A DNA stretch of 36,791 nt from Minisyncoccota bacterium (GCA_041648395.1 JBAZPC010000004.1:1-36791); one strand, 5' to 3'. Shown: positions 17,605 through 25,666, numbered from the stretch's first letter. Program-made: numbers and translations. The notes: generated by a model from the sequence alone, not told the origin.

Positions 17605-18780
17605 ATGACAGGGATTTATATAAAGGGGATTGGGATGATGGCCGGCATGATTTTCGGCGCCGGCATTTTCGTTCTGCCTTATATGTTTAGCCAGTCGGGG
17701 CTGTTCTGGGGTTTGGTTCATTTCGCGGTGGCGCTTTTTGTAATTTTGACTTTAAATTTTTTGTATGCCGAAGTTTCCTATTACACGAAAGGAAGACACA
17801 GGTTTACGGGATATACGGAAATTTTTTTAGGGAAAACAGCGAAGCATTTGGCTTTTTTATCAACTCTTTTTTCTTACTACGGTTCGCTTCTTATCTACGG
17901 CCTATTGGGCGGAGTTTTTTTGTCAAATTTTTTCCAAAACGGCGGTTCGCATAAAGTCCTGGCTTCCGTTTTGTTTTTTGCGGCGGCGGGCGTTTTTGCG
18001 TTTTTTAACTTGAGAAAAATCGGAATTATCAATTTTTATCTCACAGTCCCTCTTTTTGGATTTATTGTTTATCTTGTCGCTGTTGCTTTTCCGTCAATCA
18101 GGCCGGAAAATTTTTTGATGAATTTGAATTTTAATTTCAGCAGCGGCTGGTTTTTGCCGTACGGAATTTGGATATTCACGCTTAGCGGGTCGGCGGTCAT
18201 TCCTGAGGTGCGGGATATTTTTTCCAAATCCCCGCTCAAGGACTTAAAAAGAGTTATTCTGATAAGTTTGATTTTATGCGCGTTTTTTTCTTTGATTTTC
18301 GGTTTGGCTGTTTGGGGGGCGAGCAACAATAAGACAACAGAAGACGCTCTCGGCGGCATGATGAAGGTTTTAGGGAATGAAGCGTTTTTAATCGGGTCTT
18401 TAGTCGGATTTTTGGCGGTTTTTACTTCTTTCATCGCTTTGGCGGCGGACATGAGGGGGATATTCAAATACGATTACGGCGTTTCTAGATTTTTGGCGTG
18501 GCCTTTAGTTGTGATTCCGCCGGTAATTCTATTTTTTTTGGGTGTGACCAACTTTGTGAAAATTCTTGGTTTTGTCGGCGCGTTAGGATTGGGAATCGGA
18601 GGTGTTTTCACTATTCTTATGGCGCGCAAGATGAGGAAAAGAATAGCCGACGGCGACCCGGGCGACCTGCTTGAGCCGGACAACGGCGAATACATGAAGC
18701 CCAGCAGGGCGCTGGAAATAATTGTTCTTGTCGGCATTCTTGCCGGCGCACTTTACGAAATTTGGCGGATATTAGTGTAA
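17605..18780 (+). CDS. Amino-acid permease (aromatic amino acid/HAAAP-like)
   Basis: GMIFGAGIFVLP N-terminal motif and about 11 TM segments; ATG 17605 lies just after the upstream stop. Confidence 0.8.
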   Translation: MTGIYIKGIGMMAGMIFGAGIFVLPYMFSQSGLFWGLVHFAVALFVILTLNFLYAEVSYYTKGRHRFTGYTEIFLGKTAKHLAFLSTLFSYYGSLLIYGLLGGVFLSNFFQNGGSHKVLASVLFFAAAGVFAFFNLRKIGIINFYLTVPLFGFIVYLVAVAFPSIRPENFLMNLNFNFSSGWFLPYGIWIFTLSGSAVIPEVRDIFSKSPLKDLKRVILISLILCAFFSLIFGLAVWGASNNKTTEDALGGMMKVLGNEAFLIGSLVGFLAVFTSFIALAADMRGIFKYDYGVSRFLAWPLVVIPPVILFFLGVTNFVKILGFVGALGLGIGGVFTILMARKMRKRIADGDPGDLLEPDNGEYMKPSRALEIIVLVGILAGALYEIWRILV

Positions 18781-18784
18781 AAAA

Positions 18785-19381
18785 ATGTCAAAAAAGGAAC
18801 TATTGGAAAATTTGAATAAAGAAATGCTGGCGTGCAGTAAGTGCGCGCTGCGGGCGGGGTGCAGTCGGGTGGTGCCGGGAGAAGGCAGTGCCGAGGCGGA
18901 GATTATGTTTATCGGCGAAGGGCCCGGTAAAAAAGAAGACGAACTGGGCCGGCCGTTTGTCGGCGCGGCGGGAAAATTTTTAGACGAAATGCTGACGTCT
19001 ATTAAATTAAAAAGAGAAGATATCTATATTGCCAATATCGTGAAATGCCGCCCGCCGGAAAACCGCGACCCGTTGCCGGAGGAAATAGAAGCATGCTGGC
19101 CGTGGCTGTTGGAGCAGATAAAAATAATTGAACCTAAGTTGATAGTTTTCTTAGGCCGGCACAGCATGAACAGATTTTTTCCGAACGAAAAAATATCGGA
19201 AACGCACGGCAAGCTTTTGATAAAAAATTTCGGGCTAAACCCCAATGGGTCGCCCAAGAGACAACACTTTTTGGCTCTCTATCATCCCGCCTCCGCTTTG
19301 TACAACGGGGGAATGCGGGAAACGCTTCTGAAGGACTTTAAAAAAATACCAATGGCGCTGGAAGTTGCCAAAGGAAAATGA
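18785..19381 (+). CDS. Uracil-DNA glycosylase family 4
   Basis: C..C.L Fe-S motif, GEGPG, PFVGAAG, KCRPPENR, YHPA. Confidence 0.93.
   Translation: MSKKELLENLNKEMLACSKCALRAGCSRVVPGEGSAEAEIMFIGEGPGKKEDELGRPFVGAAGKFLDEMLTSIKLKREDIYIANIVKCRPPENRDPLPEEIEACWPWLLEQIKIIEPKLIVFLGRHSMNRFFPNEKISETHGKLLIKNFGLNPNGSPKRQHFLALYHPASALYNGGMRETLLKDFKKIPMALEVAKGK
19232..19255 (+). repeat. 24-bp hairpin module in-frame in UDG
   Basis: GGGCTAA-ACCC-caat-GGGT-CGCCC encodes GLNPNGSP; same scaffold as modules at 22265-22297 and 22695-22730. Confidence 0.7.
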
Positions 19382-19382
19382 A

Positions 19383-19408
19383 AAAAGCCACCGCGTTGGA
19401 TGGCTTTT
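19383..19408 (+). terminator. Terminator after UDG
   Basis: AAAAGCCA-10 nt-TGGCTTTT. Confidence 0.6.
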
Positions 19409-19592
19409 ATATTTTTTCCCGTTTAGGGAGAGTTTTTTATTTTTAAAGAACGATCTACAATAAATTTCTTGTGAGAAAGAGGAATCCGAGTTGGATCAAT
19501 ATTATTTTATTTTCGCTTGAGACACCTTATTGCGTCTTCTTTTTTCCATTGGATTTCTCCCACCCACTTAAAGCATAATAATACCAAAAATC

Positions 19593-19612
19593 AAAAACCT
19601 CGCCAAGCGGGG
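19593..19612 (-). terminator. Terminator of infC-rpmI-rplT
   Basis: Minus strand CCCCGC-ttg-GCGAGG-TTTTT. Confidence 0.6.
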
Positions 19613-19648
19613 CTGTGGATAACCTTTCGATAAGCTCAAGGCAAGCTC

Positions 19649-19993
19649 TTAAGACACTTTTTTGATTATCTCTGAGAAAACCTCTGGATGTTTTTCCGCC
19701 AGCTCCGCCAAGACCTTTCTATCCAGCGCGATGCCCGCTTTTTTCATTTTTCCCATCAATTTGCTGTAAGAAATTCCTTCCTGTCTTGCGCTGGCGTTTA
19801 TTTTTATCTGCCATAATGCCCTAAAATTTCCCTTCTTCTTTTTTCTGTCAAAAAAGGCGTGTTTGCCGGCATGCAACAGCGCTTCCTTCGCCAGTCGCTC
19901 TTTTGATTTTCTGCCAAAACGAAACCCTTTCGTCTGTTTCAAGACGTTTCGTCTTCGCTTCATTGAAATTTTTCCGCGCTTAACTCGTGTCAC
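19649..19993 (-). CDS. rplT: 50S ribosomal protein L20
   Basis: MTRVKRG...FRALWQIKINASAR...YSKL...DRKVLAELA. Confidence 0.97.
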   Translation of the reverse strand: MTRVKRGKISMKRRRNVLKQTKGFRFGRKSKERLAKEALLHAGKHAFFDRKKKKGNFRALWQIKINASARQEGISYSKLMGKMKKAGIALDRKVLAELAEKHPEVFSEIIKKVS

Positions 19994-19994
19994 G

Positions 19995-20198
19995 TTAATT
20001 TTTAGGCAGATATCTGCCTAATTCGCTTTTACTAATATCCAAAAGTTGCTGTCTTTTATCATTCAGCTGTTTTGATCTTTTTTGCTTGGCGTTGAAGTGG
20101 CAATGTCCCGCTTTTCTTTTCATCACTTTGCCTTTTTTTGTCACCCTCAAGCGCTTTGCCAACGATTTATTTGTTCTTCCTGTTCCGATTTTTGTCAT
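19995..20198 (-). CDS. rpmI: 50S ribosomal protein L35
   Basis: KRLRVTKKGKV...HFNAK; position between infC and rplT. Confidence 0.9.
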   Translation of the reverse strand: MTKIGTGRTNKSLAKRLRVTKKGKVMKRKAGHCHFNAKQKRSKQLNDKRQQLLDISKSELGRYLPKN

Positions 20199-20204
20199 TG
20201 TTTT

Positions 20205-20714
20205 TTATTTTGCCTTTTCTATGACGACCATTAATCCTCTCGGGGCTTGTTTTGGCCCATCAGCAATCTTATAATTTTCTCCGATAAGATGCAAGAGGCG
20301 GTCCAGTCGTTCTCTTTTAAAATTATTATCAAGATATTTTTCCCTGCCTCTTAAAATGAGGTCAATCTTCACCCTGTTTCCTTCTTTCATGTAGTCGGCC
20401 GCTTTTTTCGCCCGCATTTCCAAATCGTGCTGGGAGATTCCGATGCTTATTTGGATGCTTTTTGTTTCAACCTTATGAGTTTTTTTTGTCGCGTCTCTTT
20501 CTTTTTTCTCCTCCAGATAAATATATTTGCCGAGGTCCATTATTTTAGCGACGGGCGGTTTGGCGGTCGGCGCGATTTCAATAAGGTCAAGACCGAGCTC
20601 CTTTGCCTTCTCCAGCGCTTCGGAAATTTTAAGGACGCCGAAATTTTCGGCGTTTGGTCCGACCACGCGCAACTCCGGCGCGCTTATTTGGTTGTTGATT
20701 CGCGGTTTCTTAAT
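20205..20714 (-). CDS. infC: Translation initiation factor IF-3, ATT start
   Basis: Frame extends upstream of the ORF-track start to ATT-AAG-AAA-CCG-CGA-ATC-AAC-AAC-CAA (IKKPRINNQI). LDLIEIAP and IMDLGKY motifs. An AUU start is established for infC. Confidence 0.93.
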   Translation of the reverse strand: MKKPRINNQISAPELRVVGPNAENFGVLKISEALEKAKELGLDLIEIAPTAKPPVAKIMDLGKYIYLEEKKERDATKKTHKVETKSIQISIGISQHDLEMRAKKAADYMKEGNRVKIDLILRGREKYLDNNFKRERLDRLLHLIGENYKIADGPKQAPRGLMVVIEKAK

Positions 20715-20737
20715 AGGATTTTAGTATAACGGATTTT
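20684..20737. repeat. 54-bp direct repeat, copy 1 (infC -10 box and first 10 codons)
   Basis: 52/54 identical to 21468-21521. Confidence 0.95.
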
Positions 20738-20753
20738 TTAATATCTTGCAAAA

Positions 20754-21344
20754 TTAATCAAGCAATGTTTTGGGAAAATATGAGATAATATCTTCTCTTC
20801 TTAAAATAATAATATTATTATCCGTTGCTTTTGTTAGGCCGAAAGATTGTCCTTTGGGAACTCCCACGTAGCAAACCTTTTTATTAAAAGATTTAACTTC
20901 TTCAATTGCCGGTACAAGGTCGGTATCAGAGCTTAAAAGATATGCAGTATCGTATTTATCTTCACGGGCGAAACGTATCATTTCAACGGCTATTCTTACA
21001 TCTACGCCTTTTTCATGAAAACTTTTGTCTGGATGTTGTATTAAGTTACCTAAAATAACCTGTATATTTTGTTGCTGAAGTTTGGCTATTAGTTTTTGTT
21101 GATTGGCGTACAATTTATCAGATTTTTCTTTATTTTCTCCGTTTTGCCTTTTCACGGCGCCGACATAATATCTAATTTCAACTAATGAATTATCTTTTAC
21201 AAGATTTTTGGAAAAATCACGGAAATTAAAGTCAAGCAATTTTAATAACCCTGTTTCCTTAGAGACGAAATCTTTCAATTTATAGTAAAAATTATTGCCG
21301 TCTATAAATATAAAAGCTCTGTTTTTGGACTTATTTTCCGCCAT
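20754..21344 (-). CDS. NYN domain protein (PIN-like nuclease fold, LabA/DUF88-like)
   Basis: FIDGNNFY, EKGVDVRIAVEM, LSSDTDLVPAI; ATG 21344. Confidence 0.88.
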   Translation of the reverse strand: MAENKSKNRAFIFIDGNNFYYKLKDFVSKETGLLKLLDFNFRDFSKNLVKDNSLVEIRYYVGAVKRQNGENKEKSDKLYANQQKLIAKLQQQNIQVILGNLIQHPDKSFHEKGVDVRIAVEMIRFAREDKYDTAYLLSSDTDLVPAIEEVKSFNKKVCYVGVPKGQSFGLTKATDNNIIILRREDIISYFPKTLLD

Positions 21345-21358
21345 AATTGCAATCAAAA

Positions 21359-21390
21359 ACTGCCGTCCTGGAGTTAACCAAGAAGGCAGT
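21359..21390 (-). promoter_or_regulatory. Hairpin plus U-run in the NYN 5' leader (attenuator-like)
   Basis: Minus strand ACTGCC-t-TCTTGG-ttaact-CCAGGA-c-GGCAGT-TTTT between promoter and ATG. Confidence 0.5.
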
Positions 21391-21405
21391 GAGATTAATA
21401 CACAT

Positions 21406-21435
21406 ACTATAACAAATCTCAACCCCAAAAGTCAA
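21406..21435 (-). promoter_or_regulatory. Sigma70-type promoter of NYN gene
   Basis: TTGACT-18 nt-TATAGT with TG extension. Confidence 0.6.
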
Positions 21436-21467
21436 CTTGGCTGCTGTGGATAATTTATCAAGCGCGG

Positions 21468-21521
21468 TTATTTGGTTGTTGATTCTCGGTTTCTTAATAG
21501 GATTTTATTATAACGGATTTT
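21468..21521. repeat. 54-bp direct repeat, copy 2 (orphan infC 5' end)
   Basis: 52/54 identical to 20684-20737; homology stops after codon 10. Confidence 0.95.
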
Positions 21522-21540
21522 AAAAAAGATTTCAAAGATT

Positions 21541-21807
21541 TTAGTTTTTTGTTTCTAGTTCTAATAAATATCTTTTTATCAACATCTCTTTCTTTTCTCT
21601 GCGCCATTTTTTGAGCTGAATTTCTCTTTGCCTTGCTTCTTTTAGCGTATCATATTTCTCTTGAAAAACGAGTTCAAAACTATTTTTATTCTTAGTGAAA
21701 TTCGCCCCTTGATTTATATTGTGCGAATTAATTCTTTTATCAATATTTTTCGTAACGCCGATATAAAGCTTATTGGCGTTATTTTTTATCATGTATACGT
21801 AAAACAT
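21541..21807 (-). CDS. Small stand-alone GIY-YIG nuclease (#1, 88 aa)
   Basis: FYVYMI...LYIGVT...KRINSH...REIQLK. Confidence 0.9.
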   Translation of the reverse strand: MFYVYMIKNNANKLYIGVTKNIDKRINSHNINQGANFTKNKNSFELVFQEKYDTLKEARQREIQLKKWRREKKEMLIKRYLLELETKN

Positions 21808-21813
21808 AATTTT

Positions 21814-21896
21814 GTCCCTCGACTTCGCTCGGGACACTCGATTCGCCTATATGGCTTGCCACGAGTGAGCCCGAGTTTATGAGGGCGAATCGAGTG
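21814..21896. repeat. REP-like hairpins at tmRNA 3' end
   Basis: GTCCC-tcgacttcgctc-GGGAC (21814-21835) plus a perfect 13-bp IR CACTCGATTCGCC/GGCGAATCGAGTG (21835-21847, 21884-21896). Confidence 0.75.
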
Positions 21897-22237
21897 GAAG
21901 TGGGCGGATTTGAACCGCCGTGCAAAAAGTTTCTTAAAACAACTCTACAAGTTTGCTTCGGCTGTTTTTAATCAAGAAGTATTAGCCGAAGAAAATCTTC
22001 TTGATTTTGACCCAGTTTAATTTTGGCAAAATCCCTGAATCAAAAATTTTTGCCTATCCCAATGATGACGCCGGATTCCGCTTATTGGGAATCAGCGAAG
22101 CGGCGCCGCTTTACGCGTATGCGAAAGCGGAAATTGGTGACAAGTTTGCACTTATCGATTTTCTAAAAGTTTAGCGAGATTTTAGAATACTCGACTTGCA
22201 TGATTTAATACGTTTTTTGTCGATGCCTTTCACCCCC
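21895..22237 (-). ncRNA. ssrA: tmRNA; tag peptide ANLSPISAFAYA* at 22149-22111
   Basis: 5' GGGGGTGAAAGGCATCGAC; 3' T-arm GGCGGTTCAAATCCGCC and CACTTCCA; resume GCA codon with a hydrophobic/Ala tag; smpB upstream. Confidence 0.93.
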
Positions 22238-22404
22238 TAAAACTTTTTGCGAAGCAAAAAGTTCGGGCGACAGATTTCAGGGAAATCTGTTTAGCCCCTA
22301 AAACTATTTATTTATAAAATAGTCGGGCGACCCTAGCCCTAAACCCGACTGCAAAGCAGTCTAGGGTCGGGCGGGTTTAGCCCCTAAAACTATTTATTTA
22401 TAAA
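22234..22404. repeat. Array of alternating hairpin modules (CCCTAA...CGGG / GGGCG...TTAGCCC)
   Basis: CCC(C)TAAA at 22234, 22295, 22337, 22381; TCGGGCG at 22263, 22323, 22367; 30-bp direct repeat at 22289-22318 and 22375-22404. Confidence 0.85.
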
Positions 22405-22649
22405 TATTCTTTCAATACTTTTCTTTTTGTACGTCCACCCCAAAGGCTTTTCAAAAATCTTTCTCTATTAAATGCCCCTGCTTTATCTTGAAAATTTTCA
22501 GAATGGATAAGAACGAGTGGCCTCCTATTTTTTGTGGAAATAACATTTCCGTCGTTATGTTTTTTAATTCTATTTTCTAAATCACTCGTGCAGCCGACAT
22601 ATAATTTTTTGTCTTTTAAGCTGTAAAGTATATAAACAAAATAATCCAT
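22398..22649 (-). CDS. Small stand-alone GIY-YIG nuclease (#2, 83 aa)
   Basis: YFVYIL...LYVGCT...NRIKKH...RERFLK. Confidence 0.9.
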   Translation of the reverse strand: MDYFVYILYSLKDKKLYVGCTSDLENRIKKHNDGNVISTKNRRPLVLIHSENFQDKAGAFNRERFLKSLWGGRTKRKVLKEYL

Positions 22650-22660
22650 AACCTACTTAT

Positions 22661-22730
22661 CCCCTAAACCTCAAATCGCAAAGCGATTGAGGTCGGGCGA
22701 CAGATTTTGCTTTGCAAAATCTGTTTAGCC
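22661..22730. repeat. Two further hairpin modules between GIY-YIG #2 and smpB
   Basis: CCCCTAA-ACCTCAAATCGC-aaa-GCGATTGAGGT-CGGGCG-ACAGATTTTGC-ttt-GCAAAATCTGT-TTAGCC; includes the smpB stop codon. Confidence 0.85.
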
Positions 22731-23168
22731 TTGCTTTATCATTCGTTCTATCTCTCTGTTTGCCTCTCGTTTTTTTATCGTCTCTCTTTTTTCAAATTTC
22801 TTCTTTCCTTTCACGAGCGCCAATTCAATCTTGATTCTTCCGTTCTTAGCATACAACTTTGTTGGCACCATTGTCAACCCCTTCTGCCTTAACTTTCCCT
22901 CTAGCGAATTTATTTCTTTTTTTTGCAATAATAATTTTATTGTCCGCTCTTTTTCAAATCCCTTCGGCATATTTTCCGGCTGATAAGGCGGAATGTCCAG
23001 CCCCACCAAAAAAATTTCTCCTCCCCTAATTATCGCCCGACTTCCGGCAAGATTGCCTCGCTTGTTTTTCAGGGACTTCACCTCCCATCCGCGCAACTCC
23101 AACCCCGCCTCCATTTTTTCGAGTATTTCATAGTCATAATATGCTTTTTTGTTTTCAAGAAGAATCAT
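22725..23168 (-). CDS. smpB: SsrA-binding protein SmpB
   Basis: ENKKAYYDYEILEKMEAGLELRGWEVKSL...KFEKRETIK. Confidence 0.97.
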   Translation of the reverse strand: MILLENKKAYYDYEILEKMEAGLELRGWEVKSLKNKRGNLAGSRAIIRGGEIFLVGLDIPPYQPENMPKGFEKERTIKLLLQKKEINSLEGKLRQKGLTMVPTKLYAKNGRIKIELALVKGKKKFEKRETIKKREANREIERMIKQG

Positions 23169-23186
23169 AATGATTTCATAATTTTA

Positions 23187-23220
23187 CCCCGTAGTTAAAC
23201 CGCAGGTTTATACTTCGGGG
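23187..23220. repeat. 34-bp MITE-like hairpin with CCCCGTAGT terminus
   Basis: CCCCGTAGTTAAACC-gca-GGTTTATACTTCGGGG; termini resemble the TIRs at 25739 and 26048. Confidence 0.6.
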
Positions 23221-23309
23221 CAAAAAACGCTTTTTTGTTTTCCAATAACGCGGACATGGTTTAAGTTTAGCAATTTGCTTTCCCTTCAACAATGCTATAA
23301 AATTTTGCT

Positions 23310-25187
23310 ATGCCTAACTTGAAAAAAAGCTCGGGCGGAGATCTCGCTAAAAATATCATTTCGGTTATTTTGGTTTTTATGATTTTAGCGGGGCTTTATT
23401 CTTTGATAACGGAAGGCGTCAAAAAGCCGGAAGTCATTTCACTTTCCCAGCTTGCCACAGAAATAAACAATGGCAACATCGTGGAAATAATAGTGAGTGG
23501 CGACGACTTGCAGGTAAAATTCAAAGACAATTCAACCAAGGCGTCTCGAAAAGAAGCGGAGGCGGCGCTTTCGCAAACACTTGTCAATTACGGCGTGGCA
23601 AAAGAACAGCTAGATAAAATTTCTCTCTCTGTGCAGAATCCGTCCGGCTTCTGGGTGGTGGCCGCCAACATTTTGCCGTTCCTGCTTCCTCTATTAGTGG
23701 TGGCGTGGTTTTTTTGGATGGCGGCAAGGCAGGTAAAGAGTTCAAGTTTACAGGCGTTCAGTTTTGGAAAATCACGGGCGCGCGTCATCGGTCCCGAAGA
23801 TAAAAAAGAAAGAATAACTTTCAAAGACGTCGCCGGCGTGAAAGAGGCGAAGGAAGAGCTAGTGGAGATTGTGGACTTTTTGAGAAATCCCAAAAAATTT
23901 TTGGACATCGGCGCGCGCATTCCCAAGGGTGTGCTTCTGATGGGCGCGCCGGGCACGGGAAAGACATTATTGGCGCGGGCGGTCGCCGGCGAGGCGGGCG
24001 TGCCGTTCTTTCACATTTCCGGTTCGGAATTTGTGGAGATGTTCGTGGGCGTGGGAGCGAGCCGCGTGCGGGACTTATTCGTGATGGCGAAGAAAGCGGC
24101 GCCGGCGATTGTTTTCATTGATGAAATTGACGCCGTAGGCAGACATCGCGGCGCGGGCATGGGCGGAGGACACGACGAGCGGGAACAAACCTTGAATCAA
24201 ATTCTTGTTGAGATGGACGGCTTTGAGCCGCATGAAAAAGTGATAGTGATGGCGGCCACCAACAGGCCGGATGTTTTGGACCCGGCTTTATTGAGGCCCG
24301 GCCGGTTTGACCGGCGCGTCATCCTTGATTTACCTGACCTTGCCGACCGGGAAGAAATTTTAAAAATTCACGCGCGCTCCAAACCGTTGGCGGAAGACGT
24401 GAAAATTCGCGTTATTGCCGAAAGGACACCGGGATTTTCCGGCGCCGATTTGCAAAACCTGATGAACGAGGGAGCCATTCTCGCGGCGCGCGAGGAAAGA
24501 AAAAAAGTGAGCCAATACGATTTAATCCGTTCCATTGAGAAAGTAATGCTGGGACCGGAACGCAAGAGCCACATTTTAACAATGGAGGAGAAAAAAATTG
24601 CCGCTTATCATGAGGCGGGGCACGCGCTTGTCGCCTCCGTTTTACCGCACGCCGATCCGGTGCACAAGGTTTCCGTTGTTGCGCGCGGGAAGGCGGCGGG
24701 GTACACTTTGAAATTGCCGATGGAAGAAAAGCATCTTTTTTCCAAAAAACATTTTCTTGACGAGCTGGCGGTTTCTCTCGGAGGATACTCGGCGGAAAAA
24801 ATGGTTTTCAATGACATAACGACTGGCGCGTCCAACGATATTTTTGTGGCGACAGACATCGCGCGTTCTTTGGTGACGAAATACGGCATGTCGGACAAGA
24901 TAGGACCGGTGGCGCTGGAAGGAAAAGAGGGAATGATTTTTCTGGGCAAAGATTTTTACGGCGAAAAAAATTATTCCGAAGAGGTGGCTAAGGAAATTGA
25001 CAGCGAAGTAAAAAAATTCATGACCGACGCGCAAAAAAAGGCGACAGAGCTTTTGAAGAAGAATCGCAAAGCGCTGGAAGCGATCGCGGGCGAGCTCATA
25101 GAAAAAGAGACGATAGAAAGGAAAGAGTTTGACGACATCTTGATTTCTTCGGGAATTAAGTTAAAAAAAGAAAGGGATCAGGTATAA
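23310..25187 (+). CDS. ftsH: ATP-dependent zinc metalloprotease FtsH
   Basis: Two TM segments, [31 protein letters not shown]. Confidence 0.98.
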   Translation: MPNLKKSSGGDLAKNIISVILVFMILAGLYSLITEGVKKPEVISLSQLATEINNGNIVEIIVSGDDLQVKFKDNSTKASRKEAEAALSQTLVNYGVAKEQLDKISLSVQNPSGFWVVAANILPFLLPLLVVAWFFWMAARQVKSSSLQAFSFGKSRARVIGPEDKKERITFKDVAGVKEAKEELVEIVDFLRNPKKFLDIGARIPKGVLLMGAPGTGKTLLARAVAGEAGVPFFHISGSEFVEMFVGVGASRVRDLFVMAKKAAPAIVFIDEIDAVGRHRGAGMGGGHDEREQTLNQILVEMDGFEPHEKVIVMAATNRPDVLDPALLRPGRFDRRVILDLPDLADREEILKIHARSKPLAEDVKIRVIAERTPGFSGADLQNLMNEGAILAAREERKKVSQYDLIRSIEKVMLGPERKSHILTMEEKKIAAYHEAGHALVASVLPHADPVHKVSVVARGKAAGYTLKLPMEEKHLFSKKHFLDELAVSLGGYSAEKMVFNDITTGASNDIFVATDIARSLVTKYGMSDKIGPVALEGKEGMIFLGKDFYGEKNYSEEVAKEIDSEVKKFMTDAQKKATELLKKNRKALEAIAGELIEKETIERKEFDDILISSGIKLKKERDQV

Positions 25188-25202
25188 TAGAACCATACAC
25201 CT

Positions 25203-25274
25203 GCGTGCGTAGCTCAATGGCAGAGCACAGAGCTTATACCTCTGCGGTTGTAGGTTCGACTCCTACCGCACGCA
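25203..25274 (+). tRNA. tRNA-Ile(UAU), CCA not encoded
   Basis: Acceptor GCGTGCG/CGCACGC plus A; anticodon stem CAGAG/CTCTG with loop CT-TAT-AC; GGTTCGACTCC T-arm. Confidence 0.9.
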
Positions 25275-25315
25275 TTGTTTTTATAATAAAATTTATATAG
25301 AATAACTACATTGGA

Positions 25316-25666
25316 ATGGAAAAATTTGGAGAAAATTTTGGACAGGCAGAAAATGCATTAGAACAGCCGAAAATGTCTCAAGAAATATTTGAGCGTTTGA
25401 TTGGCGCGCAAATAGATGGAATCAGGGATTTTTTTGACGGCGGAAATGCGGAAGATTGGATTGATAATTTTAAGGACAAGCTGGGAGAAATTGAAAAATT
25501 AGCAGACACAGTTGAAGCCATAGAATTTTACGGAAAAAGCGCCCAAGAAAGCGCCATGTTGGCAATAGGAAATATGAAAAAAAACTTAGATAGTCTTGAT
25601 TCTGACAAACTTTCAAAAGATGTAAAGGAAGCCCTTTTGAAAAGTTTAAACAATCTTTTTAACTAA
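25316..25666 (+). CDS. Acidic hypothetical protein, 116 aa
   Basis: Open frame directly downstream of the tRNA; no recognisable motif. Confidence 0.65.
   Translation: MEKFGENFGQAENALEQPKMSQEIFERLIGAQIDGIRDFFDGGNAEDWIDNFKDKLGEIEKLADTVEAIEFYGKSAQESAMLAIGNMKKNLDSLDSDKLSKDVKEALLKSLNNLFN

Noticed and set aside
20205-20672. N-terminally truncated IF-3
   Set aside because: The frame continues to an ATT start at 20714, giving a normal N-terminus.
21428-21498. Fusion of the duplicated infC stub to NYN
   Set aside because: The ATT at 21498 is out of frame with the NYN ORF.
21541-22649. GIY-YIG genes as intron-encoded homing endonucleases of tmRNA
   Set aside because: The tmRNA is contiguous and both genes lie outside it, with no group I intron features.
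22234-22730. CRISPR array
   Set aside because: No constant-length repeat with unique spacers at regular spacing. The variable parts are self-complementary stems, and no cas genes are present.
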